A stretch of DNA of 64,000 bases from an uncultured virus (IMG/VR IMGVR_UViG_3300033463_000084). Lineage: Duplodnaviria > Heunggongvirae > Uroviricota > Caudoviricetes. This document shows, piece by piece, positions 18,045-26,910 of this stretch (position 1 is its first letter; each line of letters starts with the position of its first letter). A model generated the notes under the pieces. The model had not been told where the DNA came from. It did no database searches and saw nothing but the letters and a program-made list of their open reading frames with translations. The stretch lies in IMG/VR virus record IMGVR_UViG_3300033463_000084, one strand, 5' to 3'. The position numbers were made by a program, and so were the translations under genes.

Positions 18045-19133
18045 TTAACCTACGTAAACGTTAATATTACTTATTGGCTCAATGTCGTTGGTGCTACGGT
18101 AGCAGTTCCAGCCGTCAACCACAATAGCGGCCTCAAAGCCAAACGGAATAACATCGCCTTGATTTGGCACAATCTTGTTGGTGTCGAGCGTACCCTCGCA
18201 GCACAACCATACATAGCCGTTGGCGTTGCCCGACGGGGTTATCACATACGCGCCACTCAACTTGTTCGATTTGACTGAATTACCCAATGCGGCAATATCA
18301 GCCGCGTTTGCAAGCGCGGTGGCGGTACTGAATCCGTAGTAAGCCTTTTTCTTGTTTACCACAATAGCCTGCGACTGGTTGGTGTCGGAAGCGGCGTGGC
18401 CAGTCTTGGTTGCTCTTACCTTGTATTCGCCAGCAGCCTTGTTTGCGCTGACGGTTATTGTTTTTGAGTTTTCGGTTAGTTCAGTCCAGTCGCCGTCCCC
18501 AACCTTATACTCGGTGGTTGCGCCAGTGGTGGCTGACTTGCTGATGGTAACGGTTGCGGTTGCCTCATATTGGTCGGTGTTACTTGCTGAAAGCGCCGGT
18601 GTTGCCACTTTCGGGGTAATAACAATCTCGTATGGCTCGGCAGTTGCGTCGCTGTCAACTCCATTCTTCACGGCTTTGAGTATGACGAATTTTGAAAACG
18701 CCGCATTGTCGCTGGCATTGTCGAAGCTGCTATCTATTGAAAATTTACTACCCGAAATAGCCACGTATGAGGCGTTTGCAAGCCCTGCGACGGTATCTGC
18801 AATCTTATAGTATGCGGTGGCACCCGAATCAATACCCGAAACGGCAATTTCCGCGCTGCCGGTAACAACGCTTTTCGCCAGCTGTGCGTTGGCGATTGTC
18901 GGTGTGTTAGGCTTCGTCAGCTTGGTGAGCGACGCAAAATAGCGGTCGTTTCCTGCTGATACAATCAACTGATTGTTGTTGGTGTCGATTGTGTAGGTTT
19001 CGGGAGCGTCGCCAGCTATAATCTTGCCGTCGTTACCAATTTTAAGAATCTTGCCAGCCTCGGCGTTATCAACCGTTGCATTACGCAACTTGTTGCCGTT
19101 TAAGTCTATATCCGTCAAAAATTTCTTTGCCAT
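18045..19133 (-). CDS. Structural protein with Ig/Fn3-like domains
   Basis: N-terminal KKFLTDIDLNGNKL, beta-rich VATP..S / TTEYKVGDGDW / YKVRATKTG segments, C-terminal YYG...YVWLC domain. Confidence 0.65.
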   Translation of the reverse strand: MAKKFLTDIDLNGNKLRNATVDNAEAGKILKIGNDGKIIAGDAPETYTIDTNNNQLIVSAGNDRYFASLTKLTKPNTPTIANAQLAKSVVTGSAEIAVSGIDSGATAYYKIADTVAGLANASYVAISGSKFSIDSSFDNASDNAAFSKFVILKAVKNGVDSDATAEPYEIVITPKVATPALSASNTDQYEATATVTISKSATTGATTEYKVGDGDWTELTENSKTITVSANKAAGEYKVRATKTGHAASDTNQSQAIVVNKKKAYYGFSTATALANAADIAALGNSVKSNKLSGAYVITPSGNANGYVWLCCEGTLDTNKIVPNQGDVIPFGFEAAIVVDGWNCYRSTNDIEPISNINVYVG

Positions 19134-19144
19134 AGTATTTAGAT

Positions 19145-22100
19145 TTAATTATTATTCGGTCGGGTTGCGCCCCAAACGACATTAAAATCAACATTTTCGC
19201 CATTATCCCAATCTCTCGGCCATCCGCTCGGTCTCTCTGCCGCTTCGCAATATATGGTTGTGCTATCAACGCCGCCGCCGTCAAATTCCGAAGCAGAACC
19301 AGTATAAGTGTCTATTATGGCATATCCCATATTGGTAACGGAAGCAGGAATGAAAATAGAATCAAGCCTTGCCTCAAAGAACGCATAGCTGCCAATGGTT
19401 GTAACACTGTCGGGAATAACCAGCTCACCAATATTGCTGCACCCCATAAATGCACTGCGCTCTATTTCGGTAACAGTGGACGGAATAGTGTATTTTGACA
19501 ATTCTTTACCAATCGGGTAGCTGATAATCTTCGTTAGGTTTTTGTTGAACAGCACACCATCAACTGATTTGTAATTCGGGTTGTCCTCGTCAACTATAAT
19601 GTTTTGCATAGTTTTGCAATAGCCTAACGACCAGCCTATATCGCTCACATTTTTGCCGATATGGATAGTGCTGATGTTGCTACGCATAAATGGGTTGTCG
19701 GAAATCTTTGTTATAGTGTCGGGTAAAACAATTTCGGTTATAACTGCATTGCTTAATGACGAAACGGCTGTAACGGTCAATTCCTCGCCATTTAGAATCA
19801 CTTTTTCGGGTATAGTGATACTGTTTACATTCAAGTTGCTATTCGCCGATACCGAGCAATTTTGAGTGTTGTTAATCTTATTGAATCTCAAATACGGATA
19901 ATCGCTTGCGTCGTGAATAGGCTCTTGTTCTTCTTCTGCCGTTACCGCCATACCAATAATGCTGATAGTAAGTGGATTGGCAGGAGTAATATTTGCAAGA
20001 CCGCTCCAGCCTACGGTTACATCGCCACTTGTATTGCAAGCAATGTCGAGGTCAACTACATTGCCAGCAAGATAACAAACCACAAACGGCGCAACTCCGC
20101 AGCCGTGCGTAGCGGCTTCGATGGTTTTTGTGGTGCTTCCAGCGTAGTTTTTACAAATGTAAACGTACTGGTTAAGACCAGCCAGCTTATTTTTCTCGGC
20201 TGTTGTGTAGTCGTTAGTGCTTAACCCTTTGCCTTGTTCTTTGTCAACTTTGCTTTGAATGGCAGTGTTCATTGCAGCTGCACTTTCAGCGTGGTTGGTT
20301 ATCCAGTCGGAAATTTCTTTGAGTGTATCGAATGAAGCCGGTGCTTCGGCCACAACCTCCGCGATTTTTGCTACTACGGTGTTTTGTACCGAGCCGGCGG
20401 TTTCCTCGTCGCCGTTAAGAATGGCAATAGCGGCCTCGTTAGCGTCAACCTTGTCTTTGTAGGTATTGTTGAAATTGTCAACGTAGCCCTTGTAAGTGTT
20501 GTTGAAATTATTGTCGGTATGAACATACTTGTTATCCGATACAAGATTTTGGTCGTTGATAAGCTGGCTGGCGCGGTTAATTACAAAATCAATGTCTGCG
20601 CCAGCGAAAGCGCCATCGCCAAGATTCTCGAAGAAAGTGTTGCTGACGGCCTCGTACAAGCCGACAATACCATCGCTCAAACGTTGTGCAGGAACAAAGT
20701 GTGCTTGCAGTGCTGTGCCGTCATATACTTTGAACGAGTAGAGACGAACCGAAGCAAATTGAGCCACGCCGCCCTCGTTGTTGCCAGCAAACAAAAATAA
20801 CGTGTTAGCTGTTTCAAACTCGTCAATTTCGGGCATTTCTGCGGTTGTGCCGTCGGTGTATGTGAATACGCGGTTTTGATATTTCAATACCAGCCGTTTG
20901 TTTGCAACAAGTTTCGGGTCTATTGCCGATTTGTTTGTATTTACCGCAAATTCGCCGCCGGGCTTTGTTGTGTATAGAGCTATACCAAATCTTGCAACCG
21001 CCGCTTTTTTGCCGCCAGCATTAAAGATAACGGGCTGGCCGGTCGCGTTTTTAGGTGCGTGAGGTGTGCTAAAATCAATTTCAAAACCAGTGTTTTGGTT
21101 AGGTTTTATGTTGGTATCAATATACTGGCTATAATCTTTGTCGCTTTCAATGTATGCGAGTTGTTTGTAGCCGTCCATTGCCACCGGCGCGGCTATTTGA
21201 GCATAAAAGTTGTCATTTTCAAAATCGCTAACCTTTGTCGGCTTGTCGGTTAGGTCGTTATAGCTGCCCGAATTAGCTACTGGATTGAGTTTCTTAACCT
21301 TATTAAAATCTTCGTTACTCAAAAGATTGCCGTTTTGGTAGCCGTTGAGCCATTGCCATTGTGCGCCGTTCCACTGAATAAGCGAACCAGCAGGGTAGAT
21401 AATTTGCTTCTCGACAAGATAATCAAAATACTCGCGTCCGTCGAGTGGGTTGCATTGGTTGTAGCCAGTTACAAAGCGGTCTATCCAAACATCAGCGTTG
21501 TTTCTATCCATTCGGATTGTGCCTTGTGCGAGATAGGTGTTCATATCATCATCGCTCACAAACGAATATTGAGTTGGAGCAAAGCGGCAGCGGCCTATTG
21601 ACGGCTTATACTGTACGTTACCCGGAGCAAACTTGATATAGGTGTTCTCTCCAGTTGAGAACGCGCCCACGGTGTCGCTTTCCGCGTCCTGCACAAGACG
21701 GATTGACGATGAGCAAAAACTTGTTGCCCAATCATCTTTAAAGTTGACGGTGTTCTTCTTGAAGCGTCCGTCGGCATTTGCGTCGGGCTTGGCGTTGAAG
21801 AAAATCTGCCACATTGTCGCGTATTGCGCCTTTTGCTGCGTTGATGAAAGATATAAGCCCGTGCGCTCGTTTGCCTTGTATGGTACGTGATATGTCGGGG
21901 CTGCACCGCCCTCAATATAGAAGAAATTGGCCATAGGCAGGAAAACCGCGCCGTATTGTTCCATCACAGCCCATTCGCTTTCATTGAATGTCAGCTCATC
22001 GTAATACACAACCGGCACAAACTCCCGATTGTAGAATTTGAGCCGCTCGTCGGCGTTCCAATCCCAAGCGTCGGGGAGCAAAAGCAAGCCCATAACACCG

Positions 22101-22531
22101 CAAACCGTGGCCGGACTTTGCAGATTGGCCGCGTTTGGCCTTGTATTTCCAATGTAATACGATTCGTCAGCTGTGAACAGTCGCCAGTCAGCCGCTGGAA
22201 TAACATTGTCGGCATACTCGCGCACGGTTGCTGTTGTGGCTTCGCGTATGCGGTATGTGTCGCCTTTTTTGGGGGCGGCTGGTAATTGTGCAAGCGATTG
22301 GATTGTTTCCGCAATCTTGCTTATACCGCCAGCAAACACCTCATTTATAGTGTGTTGGTCGTATTGCCCTACGCCGCCTAACTTGTCGGCCAGTTCGGAA
22401 TTTTGCTGTGCAATATCCCAAATATTGTCGCCGTATGCAATCGGGTAGTTAGCAGGGTTGCCACTCTCAAATGTCAAGCCCATACTGCTGATGGGGCTTT
22501 TTGTAGTCGTTGGTTTCTTTGCTTGTGCCAT
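19145..22531 (-). CDS. Mosaic fibre/receptor-binding protein with C-terminal BspA (LRR_5) repeats
   Basis: SGSYNDLTDKP and APASFDTLKEISDWI / GKGLSTNDYT fibre motifs; YKQLAYIES..YIDT beta-sandwich; IPSTVTEIERSAF and IPDSVTTIGSYAF LRRs. Confidence 0.8.
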   Translation of the reverse strand: MAQAKKPTTTKSPISSMGLTFESGNPANYPIAYGDNIWDIAQQNSELADKLGGVGQYDQHTINEVFAGGISKIAETIQSLAQLPAAPKKGDTYRIREATTATVREYADNVIPAADWRLFTADESYYIGNTRPNAANLQSPATVCGVMGLLLLPDAWDWNADERLKFYNREFVPVVYYDELTFNESEWAVMEQYGAVFLPMANFFYIEGGAAPTYHVPYKANERTGLYLSSTQQKAQYATMWQIFFNAKPDANADGRFKKNTVNFKDDWATSFCSSSIRLVQDAESDTVGAFSTGENTYIKFAPGNVQYKPSIGRCRFAPTQYSFVSDDDMNTYLAQGTIRMDRNNADVWIDRFVTGYNQCNPLDGREYFDYLVEKQIIYPAGSLIQWNGAQWQWLNGYQNGNLLSNEDFNKVKKLNPVANSGSYNDLTDKPTKVSDFENDNFYAQIAAPVAMDGYKQLAYIESDKDYSQYIDTNIKPNQNTGFEIDFSTPHAPKNATGQPVIFNAGGKKAAVARFGIALYTTKPGGEFAVNTNKSAIDPKLVANKRLVLKYQNRVFTYTDGTTAEMPEIDEFETANTLFLFAGNNEGGVAQFASVRLYSFKVYDGTALQAHFVPAQRLSDGIVGLYEAVSNTFFENLGDGAFAGADIDFVINRASQLINDQNLVSDNKYVHTDNNFNNTYKGYVDNFNNTYKDKVDANEAAIAILNGDEETAGSVQNTVVAKIAEVVAEAPASFDTLKEISDWITNHAESAAAMNTAIQSKVDKEQGKGLSTNDYTTAEKNKLAGLNQYVYICKNYAGSTTKTIEAATHGCGVAPFVVCYLAGNVVDLDIACNTSGDVTVGWSGLANITPANPLTISIIGMAVTAEEEQEPIHDASDYPYLRFNKINNTQNCSVSANSNLNVNSITIPEKVILNGEELTVTAVSSLSNAVITEIVLPDTITKISDNPFMRSNISTIHIGKNVSDIGWSLGYCKTMQNIIVDEDNPNYKSVDGVLFNKNLTKIISYPIGKELSKYTIPSTVTEIERSAFMGCSNIGELVIPDSVTTIGSYAFFEARLDSIFIPASVTNMGYAIIDTYTGSASEFDGGGVDSTTIYCEAAERPSGWPRDWDNGENVDFNVVWGATRPNNN

Positions 22532-22542
22532 ATTGTCTTATT

Positions 22543-23961
22543 TTAAGAAAGTGGAACACTTAATTGGAATTTAGGCGAAGCTCCGTTTGCAAAGTCGCCG
22601 GTTGTAAAATATAGGTTGTAGCCCGACAATGTGATACCGCTGTTTGATGGCGATACAAAAGATTGAGAGACTATCTTCGGGTCGATTACCGGGTTGCCCG
22701 ACTGTTTAACGCTTACCGAACCGCTCTTTGAAAGCACAAACAAATGTGCAGCAGCGCCAGTATTATTGTTTACTGTAACCTCACCATTGGGGTTAGCTGT
22801 AAGGCGCGTGAGTTTGTTATTGCTCCATAATATGCTTTCAATGTTCTTTGCAGTTGCCCAACCGTAATAAGCAGGGTAATTAGCTGAAATTGTCCTTTTT
22901 GCGCTTGATTTGGTGCATTTTATGTTTTTGTATTTGCCGCTGGCTGGGGTGTATTCAATACTTTCGGCCTCTATTGCTCCGCTTGCTGCGGTGAGCGATT
23001 TGGTATATACGCCAGTTTCGGCGTTCGTCCAGCCGCTCTGCAAGAGTGCAGCGTGGTTGTTTGGTTTAACTTTCGTATCATCAAATTTAACGACGATTGT
23101 AACGGTTAAAGTAGTGTTGGCCGTTTGGTCTGCCCAAAAACTTACATTGTTGTTCGGTGAGGTTGAAACACTGAATTTAGAGAGCGCTTCCTCGCCTAAT
23201 TCGGCTTGCATTTTCTCCTGCACCCAAACAATTTCGGGGCTTTCATAGTTGACATCGCCAGTGTCGCCCTTATCGCCCTTGTCGCCCTTATCGCCTTTAT
23301 CTCCTTTGTCGCCTTTTGCTCCGAAGCCGCCAGTTGCGCCTTTCTCGCCTTTAGGAATGGCAAAATCGAGCGTTATAATTACATCGCCGTTAGGTAGTGT
23401 TAGCGGCGTGGCAGTTACATTCGGCGTTGCGTCGGGTGCTACGGCGGTTATCGAGCCAATTTGGAATGTGGGCGTTTTGCCGTTCTCACCTTTGATAACC
23501 GAAGCGTCTGCAAGGTTGCAAAACCAAGCAAAACCATCGAGGCTGTTACCGTCAGCCGTGCGGTTACGGTCGCGCAAATAAACATCGGCGGTTGGCGGTT
23601 CGGTGGCTGTATCAACCACTGCAACCATCTTGCCGTCGGCTATATCGTTGGCGTGCTGTTGCATTTCGGCGGTTGTGGCAAAAACATTGCTGATGGCAAA
23701 GCCCTCGCCGCTTGCGCCGTCGCGTCCGTTGCGTATATCAAAAATGGTTTGTGAGCCGTCGGTAAGAATCAATGTTACACGAGTTTTTTCTCCGGCCTCG
23801 ATGAGTTCGTGGTTCACCGAGCGGACACCAACGCCCTTTTCGCCGCGCAAAAGCGACGAATCGAACAGCCGTTCTTTTCCAGCTGCGGTTATACCCAAAA
23901 GCCGTGCGCCCTCAATCAATGATTGCGCCGCTTGTATTTGATTTAATACTACACTATCCAT
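22543..23961 (-). CDS. Collagen-repeat fibre protein
   Basis: GEKGATGGFGAKGDKGDKGDKGDKGDKGDTGD; LDFAIPKG motif. Confidence 0.8.
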   Translation of the reverse strand: MDSVVLNQIQAAQSLIEGARLLGITAAGKERLFDSSLLRGEKGVGVRSVNHELIEAGEKTRVTLILTDGSQTIFDIRNGRDGASGEGFAISNVFATTAEMQQHANDIADGKMVAVVDTATEPPTADVYLRDRNRTADGNSLDGFAWFCNLADASVIKGENGKTPTFQIGSITAVAPDATPNVTATPLTLPNGDVIITLDFAIPKGEKGATGGFGAKGDKGDKGDKGDKGDKGDTGDVNYESPEIVWVQEKMQAELGEEALSKFSVSTSPNNNVSFWADQTANTTLTVTIVVKFDDTKVKPNNHAALLQSGWTNAETGVYTKSLTAASGAIEAESIEYTPASGKYKNIKCTKSSAKRTISANYPAYYGWATAKNIESILWSNNKLTRLTANPNGEVTVNNNTGAAAHLFVLSKSGSVSVKQSGNPVIDPKIVSQSFVSPSNSGITLSGYNLYFTTGDFANGASPKFQLSVPLS

Positions 23962-23973
23962 ATCCGTATTTTT

Positions 23974-24351
23974 TTATATCACTACAATAAACTTGTTATC
24001 GCTGGTCATTATGTAAGCTCCATCGGCGGTCATAAGTGCGCCAGCCGGTACATCGCCGTTACTGTCAGCAGGACGCAAATCGTAGTCAAAGTTTGGCGCG
24101 ATTGTGTATTTCAGCTGCTTGCGCTCACTCCACGCTTGGTTGTAGGCCGTTGAGCCGTTGGCAAACAAAATCTGCTGCAAGCCAGTTTCGGGGTCGGTGG
24201 TAATGAGCTTGATGAGCCATTGCTTTTGTCCGTAGCCCTTGCAAGTTGGCAGACAGTCGCCTACATACACGTTGCCCGAAGCCTCGGTTTCAACCACTTT
24301 CGGGCTGCGGCTATTGCGAATGTGCTGGTATATGTAGGGATTGATTAACAT
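23974..24351 (-). CDS. Small structural protein, paralog of 12253..12525
   Basis: RSPKVVET...YVGDCLPTCKGYGQKQWLIKLI...ANGSTAYNQAW. Confidence 0.8.
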   Translation of the reverse strand: MLINPYIYQHIRNSRSPKVVETEASGNVYVGDCLPTCKGYGQKQWLIKLITTDPETGLQQILFANGSTAYNQAWSERKQLKYTIAPNFDYDLRPADSNGDVPAGALMTADGAYIMTSDNKFIVVI

Positions 24352-24353
24352 AG

Positions 24354-24920
24354 TCAGTCGATTATATCTATTTCGCTAACACCCACTATTTTAGCGTTAG
24401 GGTTGCGGTTCTCAACCACAACCTGCCCGGTGTAGCGTTTGATTGTCCAAAACAAAAAACGGCGGCGGCGTTGGTAACGCACCACCGTAAGGCTGTCGCG
24501 TGTCTCAATGTTGACAGCACCGGCCAGCATACGAAAATCAATCCATTCGTCGTGATATTCGTATTGCTCCATCGGTTCACTGGTTGCCGTATCGGTTATT
24601 ATAACCGTGTCAACCAAGAATTTGTATTCGGTTTTTTGCTCAATCTTCTGCACTGATTGCAGATGTTTGAGCTTTACGCCCAAGCTCTTAACCTCGTTGG
24701 CAAGCTGGCTGTTGTCGGCCTTTAACTCGCTGATTGTTGCTGACTGGCGTTTGGTTCGTGCGGCCAAAACGCTGTCGGCGGTCATAAAGTAATCGAGCCC
24801 GTCTTTCAGCGCACTGATGTTGCCGCGCAGACGGTCGCTCTCACCGCACTGGTGAAAATTGAACAACACGCTGATTATTAGCGCAAGTATTGACAATATG
24901 GTTAGATAGATTCGTGTCAT
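24354..24920 (-). CDS. Spanin-like protein (DUF6549-like): N-terminal TM and coiled coil
   Basis: TM, coiled coil, DTVIITDT, YHDEWIDF, RDSLTVV..RRRRFLFW, typical of Bacteroidota phage lysis proteins. Confidence 0.6.
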   Translation of the reverse strand: MTRIYLTILSILALIISVLFNFHQCGESDRLRGNISALKDGLDYFMTADSVLAARTKRQSATISELKADNSQLANEVKSLGVKLKHLQSVQKIEQKTEYKFLVDTVIITDTATSEPMEQYEYHDEWIDFRMLAGAVNIETRDSLTVVRYQRRRRFLFWTIKRYTGQVVVENRNPNAKIVGVSEIDIID

Positions 24921-24924
24921 ATTT

Positions 24925-25320
24925 TTACTTTGCTAATTGTAACAAGTCCATAGCCTTTTTTCGCAAACTACTGTTATTCCAAGCCTCTACGTTGCTTTCT
25001 ACATAGTAGCCTCTTTTTCTTCCTTCTTCTATCACTTTCTTCATATCGGCGTGGGTGTCCGAACTGCCTACAATCGCACTTTCCAGTGCTTTGTATTTTT
25101 CTTCTTCGGTTTTGGCCGCATTATATGACTTTAAAATGTCGAGATAATCTTTGCCATTAGTTAAATACCAAGTAGATTTGTCTGCGTCGCCTTTTTGTAT
25201 AGGTTTGGCTGTTGGCGTTGGTATTTGAGATTTCTTTCGCTTGTAGATTCGATAACCCACGAAGCCAGCCACACCCAGCCCTAATACCGAAAGTCCAATT
25301 AGTAATCCTTTGTTTTCCAT
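24925..25320 (-). CDS. Single-TM membrane protein
   Basis: NKGLLIGLSVLGLGVAGFVGYRIYKRKK. Confidence 0.75.
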   Translation of the reverse strand: MENKGLLIGLSVLGLGVAGFVGYRIYKRKKSQIPTPTAKPIQKGDADKSTWYLTNGKDYLDILKSYNAAKTEEEKYKALESAIVGSSDTHADMKKVIEEGRKRGYYVESNVEAWNNSSLRKKAMDLLQLAK

Positions 25321-25322
25321 AA

Positions 25323-25922
25323 TTACTCAACTCCCCATTCTTGCAGTTTGTTTTCAAACCATTTCAAATCGCTTCCGCTCAATTCCTCGCGAAGCCAGCC
25401 GGTCAAGTCCATTTTTCTACCCTCTGCGTTTAACTTGCCGTTTTTATAGCCTTTATCTTTGAACGCCTTGTAAACAAGCAGATAATCGTCTTTTGTCTTT
25501 AAATTGTCGAGTTCCTTTTTGATGGTGTTCTCGTCAGTTCCCCACTTGTTCATTGCGGCCAGCAGGCGGCTTGCCTTTGTTGCGGCGGTAGTTTCGTCGA
25601 TGGTTGTGTTTGCCATATTCACTTTGATAGCGGCAATAGCGTCGGCAAATTCGCGACCCTCTTTAGCCTCTTTAATCTTTTTGACAATCTTGCGGCCAAT
25701 GAGGAAACATAAACCACCAGCGGCTGCACCAACCGCCAGTTTAACGGCGGTTTTGTTGGTTGCCACAACTGATTTAACGGCGCTGCCAGCGTCGCCCAAT
25801 CCTTTCTTGCGGCGCACAAGCGCTTTTGATTTCTTGCCGCAGCCGTTCAGCTTTCTTGCGGCTTTTGCTTTCTTTGCGGCTCTTGCCTTACGCATTGCCG
25901 CGTTTTGTTTAGGTGTTCCCAT
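25323..25922 (-). CDS. Membrane-anchored protein with one annexin-like repeat
   Basis: ASRLLAAMNKWGTDENTIKKEL...YKAF...DLTGWLREELSG matches the annexin repeat pattern; TM AVGAAAGGLCFLIG. Confidence 0.7.
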   Translation of the reverse strand: MGTPKQNAAMRKARAAKKAKAARKLNGCGKKSKALVRRKKGLGDAGSAVKSVVATNKTAVKLAVGAAAGGLCFLIGRKIVKKIKEAKEGREFADAIAAIKVNMANTTIDETTAATKASRLLAAMNKWGTDENTIKKELDNLKTKDDYLLVYKAFKDKGYKNGKLNAEGRKMDLTGWLREELSGSDLKWFENKLQEWGVE

Positions 25923-25940
25923 AGTAGTATCGTTTAAAGT

Positions 25941-26195
25941 TTAATATCCCATTGCTTTTTTCTTGCCGCGTCTTTTGCCGATGATAAAGCCGAAAAGAAA
26001 CAATCCGAAGCAACCGGCCACTTTAAGCGCTTTGTTCATATTGTCGCCCTCGTTCAAGTAGGCGAGTGCCTTGCTTGCGGCGGTAGCGCCCTTTTGCGCC
26101 ACTTTGTCGGCTGCGGCTTTAGCTTGCGCTTTCAGTGCGTTTTTCTGCTCCGCGCTGATGTTTCCCAGCTGTTTCTTATTCCTTTTCCTGCTCAT
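25941..26195 (-). CDS. Small basic single-TM protein
   Basis: ALKVAGCFGLFLFGFIIGKRRGKKK. Confidence 0.7.
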   Translation of the reverse strand: MSRKRNKKQLGNISAEQKNALKAQAKAAADKVAQKGATAASKALAYLNEGDNMNKALKVAGCFGLFLFGFIIGKRRGKKKAMGY

Positions 26196-26271
26196 TGCTG
26201 TAAGATTTTAGGTTTTGGTGCCGGGCAGTGGAAGAATGGCACAAAAACCAACGCCCAGCACCAAATCACCA

Positions 26272-26448
26272 TCAAATGAATTTCAATGCGGTTTTCACCA
26301 GTTGTGGCTTCGCGGCGGCGGCGGAGAGTAGTTTCTTCGCGTCGTTGATGTCCACTTTGTTGAGCATACGCTCCAATACGCTTTCAAGCTCTTGGTCGGC
26401 GCGGTCGCCAGCCAGTGTTTGTTCGGTAACTTTTACTTTGTAACTCAT
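26272..26448 (-). CDS. Small 58-aa protein absent from the ORF track (MSYKVKVTEQTLAGDRADQ...ALKFI)
   Basis: Own translation; fills the operon gap and has an A-rich leader. Confidence 0.6.
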   Translation of the reverse strand: MSYKVKVTEQTLAGDRADQELESVLERMLNKVDINDAKKLLSAAAAKPQLVKTALKFI

Positions 26449-26479
26449 AACTGTTTGTGTTTAAATGTTTATAAATAAA

Positions 26480-26887
26480 TTATTTGGCAACGGCTTTGCC
26501 TTTCGGTTTGCGCGTTGTGCTTTTTCTTGATTTGAGCGCGTCTATCTTCGCGGCTGCGGTCTTGTCTTTTTTCTTCAGTTCGGCAATAAGAGCCTTATTT
26601 TGTGATGTCAACAATTCAAGTTGCTGGGTAGTTATCTCCAGCTTCTTCATCAGCTGCGCGTTTTCGAGTTGCAGTTTGGCAATCTGCGCGTTGTTGTCGT
26701 TCACAGTGCGGTACATTTCCGTCAGTCGGATAAGCATTTCGTCGTTTACGCGGCGCAATTCCTCCACAATTTCGTTGCGGCGATTCTCGGCCTCGCGGCG
26801 TTCACTGCGGCGTTGACGGCCTCGCACCGTAAGCCAGTCGAACACCACGCCTAATACTTGTAAGATTTTTGTTAATAAGCTCATCAT
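26480..26887 (-). CDS. Holin-like or coiled-coil membrane protein
   Basis: N-terminal hydrophobic helix followed by a long coiled coil. Confidence 0.5.
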   Translation of the reverse strand: MMSLLTKILQVLGVVFDWLTVRGRQRRSERREAENRRNEIVEELRRVNDEMLIRLTEMYRTVNDNNAQIAKLQLENAQLMKKLEITTQQLELLTSQNKALIAELKKKDKTAAAKIDALKSRKSTTRKPKGKAVAK

Positions 26888-26910
26888 AGTTTGTTACTTT
26901 TAATGCGTCA

